In this document: positions 63,801 to 64,000 of the stretch, piece by piece
How the letters are laid out: each line of letters opens with the position of its first letter
Numbering within the stretch: position 1 is the stretch's first letter
From: Mobula hypostoma
Lineage: Eukaryota
DNA: 64,000 nucleotides
Direction of reading: 5' to 3'
Assembly: GCF_963921235.1 (NCBI RefSeq)
Contig: NC_086108.1
Coordinates: 18,290,001-18,354,000, forward strand
Notes under the pieces: model-generated
Told to the model about the DNA's origin: nothing
Databases searched by the model: none
The model's input: the letters and a program-made list of their open reading frames with translations, nothing else
Position numbers and translations under genes: made by a program

Positions 63801-63894
63801 TGGTATATGAAACAAGCTGCCTGAGGAAGTGGTTGAGGTGGGTACAATAATTTAAGAGACATTTGAACAGGTACATTGATAGGAAGGCTTAGAG

Positions 63895-63974
63895 CAGGGG
63901 TTCCCAATCTGTGGTGAGCCAACTTCTTGGTTAATGGTAGGGGTCCATCGCATAATAAAGGTTGGGAGCCCTTG
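63895..63974. mobile_element. 80-bp hAT (Charlie-type) MITE
   Basis: TIRs CAGGGGTTCCCAA / TTGGGAGCCCTTG; 8-bp TSD GCTTAGAG (63887-63894, 63975-63982). Confidence 0.85.
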
Positions 63975-64000
63975 GCTTAGAGGGATATGGGCCAAATGCA

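Overview
Eukaryotic vertebrate genomic DNA. The repeat landscape (CR1, Rex1/Babar, Penelope-like and HE1/V-SINE-like families) suggests a cartilaginous fish, probably a ray or skate; this is an inference. The only host gene I can support is a PBX-family TALE homeobox gene on the + strand. Two of its PBC-domain coding exons lie here (13297-13547 and 56006-56196), separated by a 42,458-nt GT-AG intron. Most of the rest is nested retroelements and DNA transposons, and most ORFs in the track are transposon fragments or antisense shadows. Highlights: (1) a complete 5,045-bp Gmr1-like Ty3/Gypsy LTR element (41965-47009, minus strand, TGTC TSD, tRNA-Pro PBS) with an intact Gag-SCAN-CCHC-protease ORF and a still-open but catalytically gutted IN-RT-RNaseH remnant ORF; (2) about 10 copies of a minimal hammerhead-ribozyme-like motif in Penelope-derived tails, three with an intact core; (3) a Penelope insertion with ~0.82-0.85 kb inverted arms and a 14-bp TSD; (4) a deleted hAT element, an 80-bp hAT MITE, a solo LTR, a decayed Sushi-like chromovirus, and short locally templated inverted insertions. 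All family assignments come from motif recognition by eye; no searches were run.
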